Shown here: piece after piece, positions 19,258-27,423 of the stretch
How positions within the stretch are numbered: position 1 is the first letter of the stretch
Layout: the number at the start of each line of letters is the position of its first letter
NCBI GenBank assembly: GCA_044222185.1
Contig: JBGANV010000002.1
Location: forward strand, 800,001 to 864,000
Direction: 5' to 3'
Length of the DNA stretch: 64,000 bases
DNA from: Planctomycetota bacterium
GTDB lineage: Bacteria > Planctomycetota > GCA-002687715 > CAIWVZ01
Translations under genes and position numbers: made by a program
The notes under the pieces: generated by a model
What the model was told of the DNA's origin: nothing
The model's input: the letters and a program-made list of their open reading frames with translations, nothing else
Databases searched by the model: none

Positions 19258-20063
19258 ATGCGCGCGAGTGTGATTGCGGCGCTGCCGTGGGTGGGCGCGA
19301 TCCGGGGCCAGGTGCTCGGCAATGACCAGTGTTCGAGTGCGGTTCCGCGTCTCCCTGGAACGACGGTCGGCCGACTGACGAGCGCCACGCCGACGGCGCA
19401 GGGCGGACTCGCGCGCGTTCGCGGTCTCGATTCGACGCGACCGCACGTGTGGTACGTCGTGACGCCCGTCATCGCGTGCGCGGTATCGACCTCAGGTGAA
19501 CGGGGGCGCACTCCCAGCCCCGTATCGCGATCGACTCGGGTACTTTCGGGCCCTCGACACCGGCTGCACGCGGCGGCGCGGTCGTCTCGACGCGCATGAT
19601 CGCGAACACGACCGCCGGCGCCCGCGTCGTTCCGTCGCGGGCCGCGCTCCGGGGGATCTCAGCTCGACGTCGATTGCATGCCCCCGCATCCAACGCGTCG
19701 TGTGCGACGCCGATCACCGTCGTGAACGGGATGAGTGCCGCAGCAGGCGATCGCGTGCGCGCGGTGGTATCCACGAGCGTCGGCGCGAGCGAGTCACCCG
19801 GCTTCGCGAATCCGTGTCGTGCGGGAGGATGCCCTGGGCACCACGACGCCCCCTGTCACGCACCTCGACCGGTTCGCGGTGAATCTGCAGGTCGGCGGAA
19901 CATTGGTGACGGGTGCGGGAGGCACGCCATTCTTGCGCTCTTCGTTCCGCTCCTCGCCGAACCGTTCAGCATGACCGACTGCATGCAGGCCGTCATCCTT
20001 CCGCTGAGTGAGGTTCCACTGGTGCAGATCGTGCGCGTCGTGCGACTCTTCTTCGTCCTGTGA
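19258..20063 (+). pseudogene. Decayed fourth paralog of the Cys-rich secreted family
   Basis: Homologous fragments in different frames: QVLGNDQCSSA...ATPTAQGG...STRPHVWYV; NASCATPITVVNG...GFANPCRAGGCPGHHD; CMQAVILP...VRLFF; frameshifts and a large deletion. Confidence 0.75.
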
Positions 20064-20139
20064 AGGATCCGCTTCACGGGGGTTGCCAAGCGAGGGGCCA
20101 TGTCAGGTAAGCTGGCGCCTCATCTTGGAGACCCCACTC

Positions 20140-21138
20140 ATGAAACGAGGCTTGCAGTCCTGGCGGCTCGCCGCCCTTCTCGTCGTCGCACTCACGACGT
20201 CCACGGTTCACGCGCAGACGTTCGCGTATTACCCGGATGACAACGTCGCACCGAACTACTCGGCGCCGGCTGGGTGGTATCCGATGTTCACGAACACGAC
20301 CGGATGTCGGATCCAGGTGCTGATCCCGGCGTCGGCGTTCACGGGGGTCACGTCGCTGGCGTCGATCGGCTTCTTCGTCGGCAACACGACGCCGGCGGCG
20401 ACCAACGTCACGTACTCGAACTTCCAGGTCCGCATCGGACCCGCTGGATCACCGTCACTGACGGCGACGTTCGCCACCAATCTCGTTCCGGGAACCGAGA
20501 CACTGGTCGTGAGCGCTGCGGGGAACACCTACACGCCCATGCCTGCCGGCGCGTGGCTCGATTTCCCGTTCCTGAACCCGATTCCGGCTCCGACCACCGC
20601 GATCATCGTCGACATGCAGTCGCAGATCCCGACCGGCGGCGCATATTTCGCTTCGTCCGTGAGCTCGACGTTCCCGCGCTGCGTGGCGGCGACCTACACG
20701 GGGCAGGCGACGGGGACTCTTGGCACATCGAGCGGCCCCAAGGTCCGTTTCGGCACGAATCCCGAGAACATCTTCGTGGCGCAGACGACGGGTGGCGGCG
20801 CCGGCGATCTCGCGCTCTCGCTGACGGCGATCAACCCGAATGCGGCGAGCGGGTACCTCCTCCTCTCCGCAGACACGACGCATCCCGTGGGTTCCGGTCC
20901 GGCCGTCGGCATCTATCCGGACGGGCTCACGTTCAGCTCGCTGCAATCGCCACTTCTTCCAGGCAACCCACTCCACTTCGTCGTGGGGATCCCGGGAGTC
21001 TTCCCTGACGCGTCCTTCTTCGTGCCGCCTGGCACCCTGAGCTTCCTCGCCGGGCAGACCTGGGACTCGGTCATCGTCCTCGTCGACGTGGGTTCGACCT
21101 ATGTCGGGCGTTCCGGAGTCCAACGGCTCGCCTGGTGA
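20140..21138 (+). CDS. Secreted hypothetical protein with variant shared C-terminal domain
   Basis: GGAG RBS; MKRGLQ...TVHA|Q; Thr/Ser/Pro-rich beta domain; ends VPPGTLSFLAGQTWDSVIV...RSGVQRLAW. Confidence 0.8.
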   Translation: MKRGLQSWRLAALLVVALTTSTVHAQTFAYYPDDNVAPNYSAPAGWYPMFTNTTGCRIQVLIPASAFTGVTSLASIGFFVGNTTPAATNVTYSNFQVRIGPAGSPSLTATFATNLVPGTETLVVSAAGNTYTPMPAGAWLDFPFLNPIPAPTTAIIVDMQSQIPTGGAYFASSVSSTFPRCVAATYTGQATGTLGTSSGPKVRFGTNPENIFVAQTTGGGAGDLALSLTAINPNAASGYLLLSADTTHPVGSGPAVGIYPDGLTFSSLQSPLLPGNPLHFVVGIPGVFPDASFFVPPGTLSFLAGQTWDSVIVLVDVGSTYVGRSGVQRLAW

Positions 21139-21234
21139 CGTGACGTTCGGGACGGGACGTCCAGTTTTCCCCGGCGTCGAGCAAACCCCGGTGCTTCCGG
21201 CCATACTGGCGCTTCCACTGAGGAGGACTCTCGG

Positions 21235-22707
21235 ATGACTCGGACTTCCCGCCCGGCCTTGTTGATCGTCCTTCTATCTTGGATTCCGTCGGCCGTGAGC
21301 TTGGCTCAACAGGTGACCGAGAACTGCGCCGTCGCGGTTCTGACGCCGGGAGCCAGCGCCACTTTGTGCCCGGCGAACACGCATCCGGACGACACGCACG
21401 TCCTCGATCTTTCGGGGTCGACGACGGCCGCCAGCACCGCTTCGACGTATCGCTCACTCTGTGGCGGGGATCGCGTCGAATTCACGCTTGGCGTCGCCGT
21501 CGTCGATGGACCTGGCCCCGATCTCCAGATCGAGGAGATCAACCCCAACACGGCCGAGCCCTATCGCATCGAGGTGTCGCCCGACGGAGTGACGTGGTAT
21601 CCGGCGCCGGGTCCCTACACCGGAGGGACGCACGCCGGTGACAGCGTCGTCGATCTCGCCGGCATCCTGACCGCGCCCGTGCAGTTCGTCGCGATCATCG
21701 ACGCGTCGCTCACGACGGCGGGCACGACGCCGGGACCCGACTTCGATGCGATCATCGCGATCAACTATCAGGCGCCCCTCTTCGGCGGATCGGTGCACGC
21801 ATACGCGGACACCGTCATCGCGCATGTCCCGGGCGCGTCGACCACGAACCTGTTCGTCGACCCGACGCGCGCCCTCGGCATGCCCGACGCGTACAGAGTC
21901 GAGACGTTCGTCGGCCCGGGGACGACGACCTTCGCCGGCAGCTTCTTCAATTTCGTGAGCCTACCCGCGGGCGCGAACCTCACGGTCCTCTTCAGTCGAA
22001 GCTGGATCGTCGATGGGCCCGGCGCGGATGTCGTCATTCACGAGTACTACGGCGCCGAGCCTCAGTACACGGTCGAGGCCAGCGACGACGGCACCTCCTT
22101 CGTGCCGCTGGCATTCGTCGGCGACGTGGCACCGGCGCACAGCCCGAGTCACGTGGCGTCCGCGAACGTGCGCGCCTTCGACCTTGCGGGGTCCGGGCTG
22201 GCGCGGGCCGATTACATCCGCATCACTTCCACTTCGACGGCCACGACGTCTGGGTCGCCAGGCCCTGACATCGACGCCGTCGAGGCGCTCCACGCCACCG
22301 CGAAGGATCTGTGGTTCGCCCCGCTCGCGCCGCTGAGCCAGGGCGGGACCGGCTCGGTGATCATGACGTCGCCCGCGCACGGCGGCGAACCCTACATCAC
22401 CGTCGCCGGCCTCAATCCACCCGTCCCCGCAGGCAGCGGGCTCCCGCTGCCAGGCGGTGGGGAAGTGCGAGTGGACGTGTTCGGGGATCCCTTGATCCAG
22501 TTCGAGCTGACCGACCCTGCGGCGGCGCTCTTCTTCGGCGGTCTGAGCGGGACGCTGCCGTTCGCCACGGCGACGGCCGTCACGACGATGACGTTGCCTC
22601 CGGCGCCACCGTCGCTCTCCGGGATCGTGCTCACCTGGCAGTCCGTCGTCCTTTCCCCATCGGGCGCGATCGTGCCGTCGGGGTTGTTGTGGACGCGCAT
22701 TCCGTGA
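21235..22707 (+). CDS. Secreted protein with two tandem jelly-roll-like domains plus shared C-terminal domain
   Basis: GAGGAG RBS; ...VSLA|Q; duplicated motif VDGPGxD...E...VxxSxDG...DLAG...GPDxDA. Confidence 0.8.
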   Translation: MTRTSRPALLIVLLSWIPSAVSLAQQVTENCAVAVLTPGASATLCPANTHPDDTHVLDLSGSTTAASTASTYRSLCGGDRVEFTLGVAVVDGPGPDLQIEEINPNTAEPYRIEVSPDGVTWYPAPGPYTGGTHAGDSVVDLAGILTAPVQFVAIIDASLTTAGTTPGPDFDAIIAINYQAPLFGGSVHAYADTVIAHVPGASTTNLFVDPTRALGMPDAYRVETFVGPGTTTFAGSFFNFVSLPAGANLTVLFSRSWIVDGPGADVVIHEYYGAEPQYTVEASDDGTSFVPLAFVGDVAPAHSPSHVASANVRAFDLAGSGLARADYIRITSTSTATTSGSPGPDIDAVEALHATAKDLWFAPLAPLSQGGTGSVIMTSPAHGGEPYITVAGLNPPVPAGSGLPLPGGGEVRVDVFGDPLIQFELTDPAAALFFGGLSGTLPFATATAVTTMTLPPAPPSLSGIVLTWQSVVLSPSGAIVPSGLLWTRIP

Positions 22708-22736
22708 CGTGAAGACGACGGTCCACGACCAGACCG

Positions 22737-24344
22737 TCACGGCGCTTCGTAGATCTCGATTGCGCGCAGGTCGGCGCGGAAGACGGTTCGCTTCGAGAGT
22801 CGCGACTTCAGAGGTTCGAGGGCTGGATCCTTCCACTCGGTGGCGCCGCCAGGGATCTCCTTCTCGCCGACGAGCACGAGGCACTCGATGGCACCGAGGT
22901 CGAGCGGCGGCTCGATCTCGGGCGGCGCGAGGCGGGCGCGGATCTCCTCCTTCCAGTCGTCCGCGACTGGGCGTGAGGTCGCCGCCTGCGGGCGTGTCCG
23001 GCGCTCGAAGGACTTCAGCGAGTCGCAGACGTTCGAGTGGCCGAACGCGCGGTGAAGGACCGGACGGAGTGTCTCGGCGCCCTCGTGGCAGACGAGAACG
23101 CGATGCTCGCCCGCGCGCGTCGCCGTCACGAGGAATGCGCAGAGATCGGACGCGTGGCGGCGGAACGTCTCGGACTCGGCGACCGCGGGGAGGGTGAGGA
23201 AGCAGGTGCCGGTGAGAGCGAGCGCGGCCACCAGTTGGAGGGGTCTGGGCCAGCGCACCGACAGCACGAGCGAAGCCGCGATCAGGCAGAGGATCATGGG
23301 TCCCACGAAGGGCGAAGCGATCCTGGGGGGAAAGCTCATGAAAGCCGTCACGCCGCAGACGATCAGCATCGTCAGTGCCCCAAGCGTGACGAACGATCGC
23401 GTGACGATCGAGCGGAAGCGGATGAGAAGCGCCGCGCCGACCAATCCGCCGACGACCCCGAAGAACACCGGATCCGGCGCCCCGACCGGTCCGAGCTGCT
23501 GGACGAGGAGGCGCGCCTGATCGGCGATGGAGCTCATGCGGTCCTGGATTTCGTAAGCCGGGACGCCGCGCAGTCGTTTCGACCCGAGGATCACGCTCGC
23601 GAGCAGAGGCGTCCAGAGCACGGCGGCGATGACGCCGCTCCGAAGCGCGAGGCGCGTGACTTCCACGCAAACCGATCGCCATGGCGCTCGGGGCGTCGCA
23701 TCTGCGCCGCGCAGCAGCATGGCGGTGGTGATCCACAGCGGAACCAGCAGTGCGAGGTTCGACGGGAGCGTGTAGAGCAGGAGGGCCGAGATGCCGGCGA
23801 AGGCCCAACGCGTTCTGCCGGTCATCTGTGGGGCGAGGCCCACGTCGTTCATCGCACGTGCGACGAGGTCACCCCGCGCGACGAGCAGGAGTCCGTACCC
23901 GAGCTGGAGTGTGATCGAGAGGAAGTAGCCACGCAGCGCCATCGCCTGCTCGTGCACGGCGCGCGCAAGAGACGGAGCGAGCATGGCGACTGTCGCTGCG
24001 AAGATCGCGCCGCGGGCCATCAGCGCCCGTCGCCAGCCGCGAAGGATGAGGAGGAACGTCAGCAGAACGACGAATCCAGCGAGGCGCACGTAGACCGGCG
24101 AGTCGAGGCCGAGAGTGTCGACGAGCACGCTCTTCAGCAGACTTTCGAGCGGATGGTTGTTCGGTTCGCGATAGAGCGCGGCGGCACTGAGTGGTGAGCG
24201 AGCGTAAGTCCGCAGATTGTAGGCCTCGTCCCACGTGAGGTCGTTTCCCGCTCGCGCGAGCCACGTGTAGGCCATGAACAGGACGATCGCTGCCGTCGCT
24301 GCCGCAAGTAGCCGCTCGAGCCATCCATTTGCATCCGTCTTCAT
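22737..24344 (-). CDS. Polytopic membrane protein, GT-C-fold glycosyltransferase-like (ArnT/PMT type)
   Basis: TM1 followed by LTWDEAYN and NNHPL, ALRGY, many TM segments, soluble C-terminal tail. Confidence 0.65.
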   Translation of the reverse strand: MKTDANGWLERLLAAATAAIVLFMAYTWLARAGNDLTWDEAYNLRTYARSPLSAAALYREPNNHPLESLLKSVLVDTLGLDSPVYVRLAGFVVLLTFLLILRGWRRALMARGAIFAATVAMLAPSLARAVHEQAMALRGYFLSITLQLGYGLLLVARGDLVARAMNDVGLAPQMTGRTRWAFAGISALLLYTLPSNLALLVPLWITTAMLLRGADATPRAPWRSVCVEVTRLALRSGVIAAVLWTPLLASVILGSKRLRGVPAYEIQDRMSSIADQARLLVQQLGPVGAPDPVFFGVVGGLVGAALLIRFRSIVTRSFVTLGALTMLIVCGVTAFMSFPPRIASPFVGPMILCLIAASLVLSVRWPRPLQLVAALALTGTCFLTLPAVAESETFRRHASDLCAFLVTATRAGEHRVLVCHEGAETLRPVLHRAFGHSNVCDSLKSFERRTRPQAATSRPVADDWKEEIRARLAPPEIEPPLDLGAIECLVLVGEKEIPGGATEWKDPALEPLKSRLSKRTVFRADLRAIEIYEAP

Positions 24345-24385
24345 CCGTTGCCGGTTCTTATCACGGAACGCTCCTCTTCCATCCT

Positions 24386-24538
24386 GGAGCGCCAGGTTTC
24401 ACCTGGCCGGACCGTCAGGGCTCCAGCCCTGACGAGGGCGTGGCGGGGCGTTCCTCACCGACGGAGCGCGAACGGAGGGGGGTGGCGAGCAGGCAGGGCT
24501 GGAGCCCTGCCAACCGGCCAGGCAGAGCCTGGCGCTCC
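24386..24538. repeat. Palindromic REPIN/MITE-like element, copy 1 (153 bp)
   Basis: Ends GGAGCGCCAGGTTTCACCTGGCCGG ... CCGGCCAGGCAGAGCCTGGCGCTCC; inner hairpins CGTCAGGGCTCCAGCCCTGACG and GCAGGGCTGGAGCCCTGC. Confidence 0.8.
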
Positions 24539-24542
24539 TGCG

Positions 24543-24615
24543 CGACCGCCGAACGACCGCCGAACGACCGCCGAACGACCGCCGAACGAACGACGAAGGG
24601 CGAACGAAGGGCGAA
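24543..24615. repeat. 11-bp tandem repeat (CGACCGCCGAA x4, then CGAAGGGCGAA x2)
   Basis: Read directly between element copies 1 and 2. Confidence 0.85.
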
Positions 24616-24619
24616 TCGT

Positions 24620-24772
24620 GGAGCGCCAGGTTCCACCTGGCCGGACCGTCAGGGCTCCAGCCCTGACGCGCGCGTTACAGAGCGTTCCTCACCGACCGAG
24701 CCCGAACGAAGGAGCGTGACGCGCAGGCATGCCTGGCCCCCCGTCAACCCGCCAGGCAGAGCCTGGCGCCTC
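24620..24772. repeat. Palindromic REPIN/MITE-like element, copy 2 (153 bp, right arm degenerate)
   Basis: Direct repeat of copy 1: GGAGCGCCAGGTTCCACCTGGCCGGACCGTCAGGGCTCCAGCCCTGACG...CGTTCCTCACCGAC...GCCAGGCAGAGCCTGGCGC. Confidence 0.8.
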
Positions 24773-24843
24773 TGCGCGGAGCAAGCCGGTGAGCAAGAAA
24801 CCGGCTCGGTCGCGAATGGCCGCGGTAGGCTTGCGGTCGACTC

Positions 24844-25602
24844 GTGAAGTTCCCCGTCCAATTCAGCATCGGGCCGTTCACGTTCCAGGCGCACCTCGTC
24901 CTCGAATTGCTGGCGTGGTTCGTCGGGTCACAGGTCTACTGGTTCCTGCGGCGCCGATGGGCGGATCCGCTCGACCTCCGCATGCGGCTCGTGGTGATTG
25001 CCGGCGCTGCCGCGGGAGCGTTGATCGGGTCGAAAGTCGTCGCCGTCGCCGAGCGGACGCCCGAGATCCCCGCGCTCTGGAACGACATCACCTTCTGGAT
25101 GGGCGGGAAGTCCATCGTCGGCGGGCTCCTCGGGGGGCTCGTCGGCGTCGAGTGGATCAAGCGCACCTTGGAGGAGACGCGGTCGACGGGCGACCTCTTC
25201 GTGCTGCCGCTTTGCGCCGCGATCGCTGTGGGACGGGTCGGGTGCTTTCTGTCGGGCTTGGATGACCACACCTACGGCACGGCGACGTCGCTGCCCTGGG
25301 GCATCGATTTCGGCGATGGCATCCCGCGCCATCCGACACAGCTCTACGAGATCGTCGCCCTCGGTGCGATCGCCCTGTGGGCCGTGCGGAATCGCCAGCG
25401 CATGACGCGCTCTGGCGACCTCTTTCGCGGCTTCATGATCCTGTATCTCGTCTGGCGGTCGTTCATCGACTGCTGGAAGCCTGACGCGCGCCTCGTGCTC
25501 GGCCTGACGGGCATCCAGTTGGCGTGCGTCTGCGGGCTCGCGTATTACGCCCGCGACTTCACGCGCGTTTTCCTCGCTCGGAGGTTCGCATCCCATGGCT
25601 GA
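24844..25602 (+). CDS. Prolipoprotein diacylglyceryl transferase (Lgt) family protein, divergent paralog
   Basis: GGKSIVGGLLGG, GRVGCFLSG, LPWGIDFGDG, RHPTQLYE, YxxxRxxxD; about 7 TM. Confidence 0.85.
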   Translation: MKFPVQFSIGPFTFQAHLVLELLAWFVGSQVYWFLRRRWADPLDLRMRLVVIAGAAAGALIGSKVVAVAERTPEIPALWNDITFWMGGKSIVGGLLGGLVGVEWIKRTLEETRSTGDLFVLPLCAAIAVGRVGCFLSGLDDHTYGTATSLPWGIDFGDGIPRHPTQLYEIVALGAIALWAVRNRQRMTRSGDLFRGFMILYLVWRSFIDCWKPDARLVLGLTGIQLACVCGLAYYARDFTRVFLARRFASHG

Positions 25603-27061
25603 TCGTGTCCGGCCGTACCTCTTCTACGACGTGGCGATCTCGATCTGCTCCACGTGCTTCAGGAAGGTCGAGGCCAAGATCGTCTTCCAGGACGGCAAGG
25701 TCTACATGCTGAAGCGCTGCCCCGAGCACGGCGGGGAACGCGTGCTGGTCGCCGACGACGTGGACTACTACCGGCGCTCGCGCGAGGTGTTCATCAAGCC
25801 TCCCGAGCAACCCAATCGGTTCAACACGGAGACGCGGTGGGGATGCCCCTACGACTGCGGACTCTGCCCGGACCACGAGCAGCACTCGTGCCTTTCACTC
25901 GTAGAGGTGACGGATCAATGCAACCTGCGTTGCCCCGTCTGCTACGCGAGCAGCGGGCCGGAGCGCCAGGGATTCCGGTCGCTCGAAGAGATCGAGTTCC
26001 TGATGGACGTGATCGTCAAGAACGAGCGTGAGCCGGACGTCGTTCAGATCTCGGGCGGCGAACCGACGCTCCACCCCGACTTCTTCGCGATCCTGGATGC
26101 AGCCAAGTCGCGCCCGATCCGCCACCTCATGGTGAACACCAACGGCGTGCGGATCGCCGACGATCCCGCGTTCGTGGATCGGCTCGCCACCTACATGCCG
26201 GGTTTCGAGATCTACCTCCAGTTCGATTCCTTCGAGCGCGAGGCCCTTCTCGCGCTGCGGGGCGTCGACCTCCGCGATTCGCGCCGCCGTGCCATCGAGA
26301 ATCTCAACGCGGCCGGCATTTCCACGACGCTCGTGGTGACGCTGAAGAAGGGCCTGAACGATCACGAGGTCGGAGACATCATCCGCTTCGGTCTCGCGCA
26401 GCCATGCGTGCGAGGTGTGACGTTCCAACCGGTGCAGGATGCGGGACGCACCGGGGGATTCGATCCAGCGAAGCACCGCCTCACGCTCACGGAGGTCCGC
26501 CGGATGATCCTCGATCAGTCGGGCGTGTTTCGCCCCGAGGACGTCATTCCGGTGCCGTGTCACCCCGACAGTCTCGCGATGGCGTACGCGCTGAAGGTGG
26601 ACGGCAACGTGATCCCCCTCACCGGAATGATCGACCCGAAGGTCCTGATCGACGGCGCGCGCAACACGATCGTGTACGAGGAGGACCGGGGACTGCGGAA
26701 CGCGATCTTCAAGCTGTTCGCCACGAACCACTCTCCGGAATCGGGGGCGAGATCGCTTCGCGACCTGCTCTGTTGCCTGCCGCGCATCGCCGCCGGCCCG
26801 GGTCTCAGCTACGAGAACGTCTTTCGCGTCCTCATCATGCAGTTCATCGACGCTCACGCATTCGACGTGCGCTCGGTGAAGAAGACGTGCGTGCACATCG
26901 CGCACAAGGACGGCCGGTTGATTCCCTTCGACACCTACAACCTCTTCTATCGTGACGATCTGGAAACACGGCGCCTCGCACCGCTACGGGAGGCTGTGAG
27001 CGCGAGCGACGCGCATCACGGCGTCGCCTCGGGATGCGAGTCGGAAGGATGTGGATCGTGA
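25595..27061 (+). CDS. Radical SAM protein of the tetraether-synthase (Tes/GDGT-MAS, MJ0619) family
   Basis: CSTC...KRCPEHG, GCPYDCGLCPDH, CNLRCPVCYA, QISGGEPT, NTNG, YLQFD, GVTFQPV, PVPCHP, KTCVH...LIPFDTYN. Confidence 0.85.
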   Translation: MADRVRPYLFYDVAISICSTCFRKVEAKIVFQDGKVYMLKRCPEHGGERVLVADDVDYYRRSREVFIKPPEQPNRFNTETRWGCPYDCGLCPDHEQHSCLSLVEVTDQCNLRCPVCYASSGPERQGFRSLEEIEFLMDVIVKNEREPDVVQISGGEPTLHPDFFAILDAAKSRPIRHLMVNTNGVRIADDPAFVDRLATYMPGFEIYLQFDSFEREALLALRGVDLRDSRRRAIENLNAAGISTTLVVTLKKGLNDHEVGDIIRFGLAQPCVRGVTFQPVQDAGRTGGFDPAKHRLTLTEVRRMILDQSGVFRPEDVIPVPCHPDSLAMAYALKVDGNVIPLTGMIDPKVLIDGARNTIVYEEDRGLRNAIFKLFATNHSPESGARSLRDLLCCLPRIAAGPGLSYENVFRVLIMQFIDAHAFDVRSVKKTCVHIAHKDGRLIPFDTYNLFYRDDLETRRLAPLREAVSASDAHHGVASGCESEGCGS

Positions 27062-27423
27062 GCACCCCCTCACCGTCAGAGTGGCCGCCGCAGCCGCCAC
27101 ATCCGCCGCAGCCGCCGCCGGTTCCGCCTCCGCCTCCCGCAGCATTTCAATTCGGTTGCGGACAAGTGTTCGTCGCGGGGCTGATCGCCGTCGGCATCCT
27201 CGTCTCCAGCACGATCCTGCTGGTCGCGATCGACAACTCCAACTTCAAGACCATGCGCCGGAACTGCGCCATCCTCGCCGCAGTCGACCTGGTGATCGTG
27301 GTCGGCGCGATGTTCCTCCTGCGGCCGGCGATTCGTTCGGGACGCCTCACCGTCTGGGTCGGCGGCGTCGTCGGTTTCGCGTTGTCGGCGTTGCTCAACA
27401 CCTTCTGCGCGCAGGTGCTTTAA
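27058..27423 (+). CDS. Small 3-TM membrane protein with Pro-rich N-terminus and C-terminal Cys
   Basis: GTG overlaps the rSAM stop (GTGA); GGAAGG RBS; ends RSGRLTVWVGGVVGFALSALLNTFCAQVL. Confidence 0.75.
   Translation: MSTPSPSEWPPQPPHPPQPPPVPPPPPAAFQFGCGQVFVAGLIAVGILVSSTILLVAIDNSNFKTMRRNCAILAAVDLVIVVGAMFLLRPAIRSGRLTVWVGGVVGFALSALLNTFCAQVL

Noticed and set aside
24543-24615. CRISPR array
   Set aside because: Contiguous 11-bp units with no spacers and no cas genes
25595-27061. Annotation as a methanopterin methyltransferase or MoaA
   Set aside because: Legacy label for the MJ0619 family; no pterin or molybdopterin genes nearby, and the context is lipid-related
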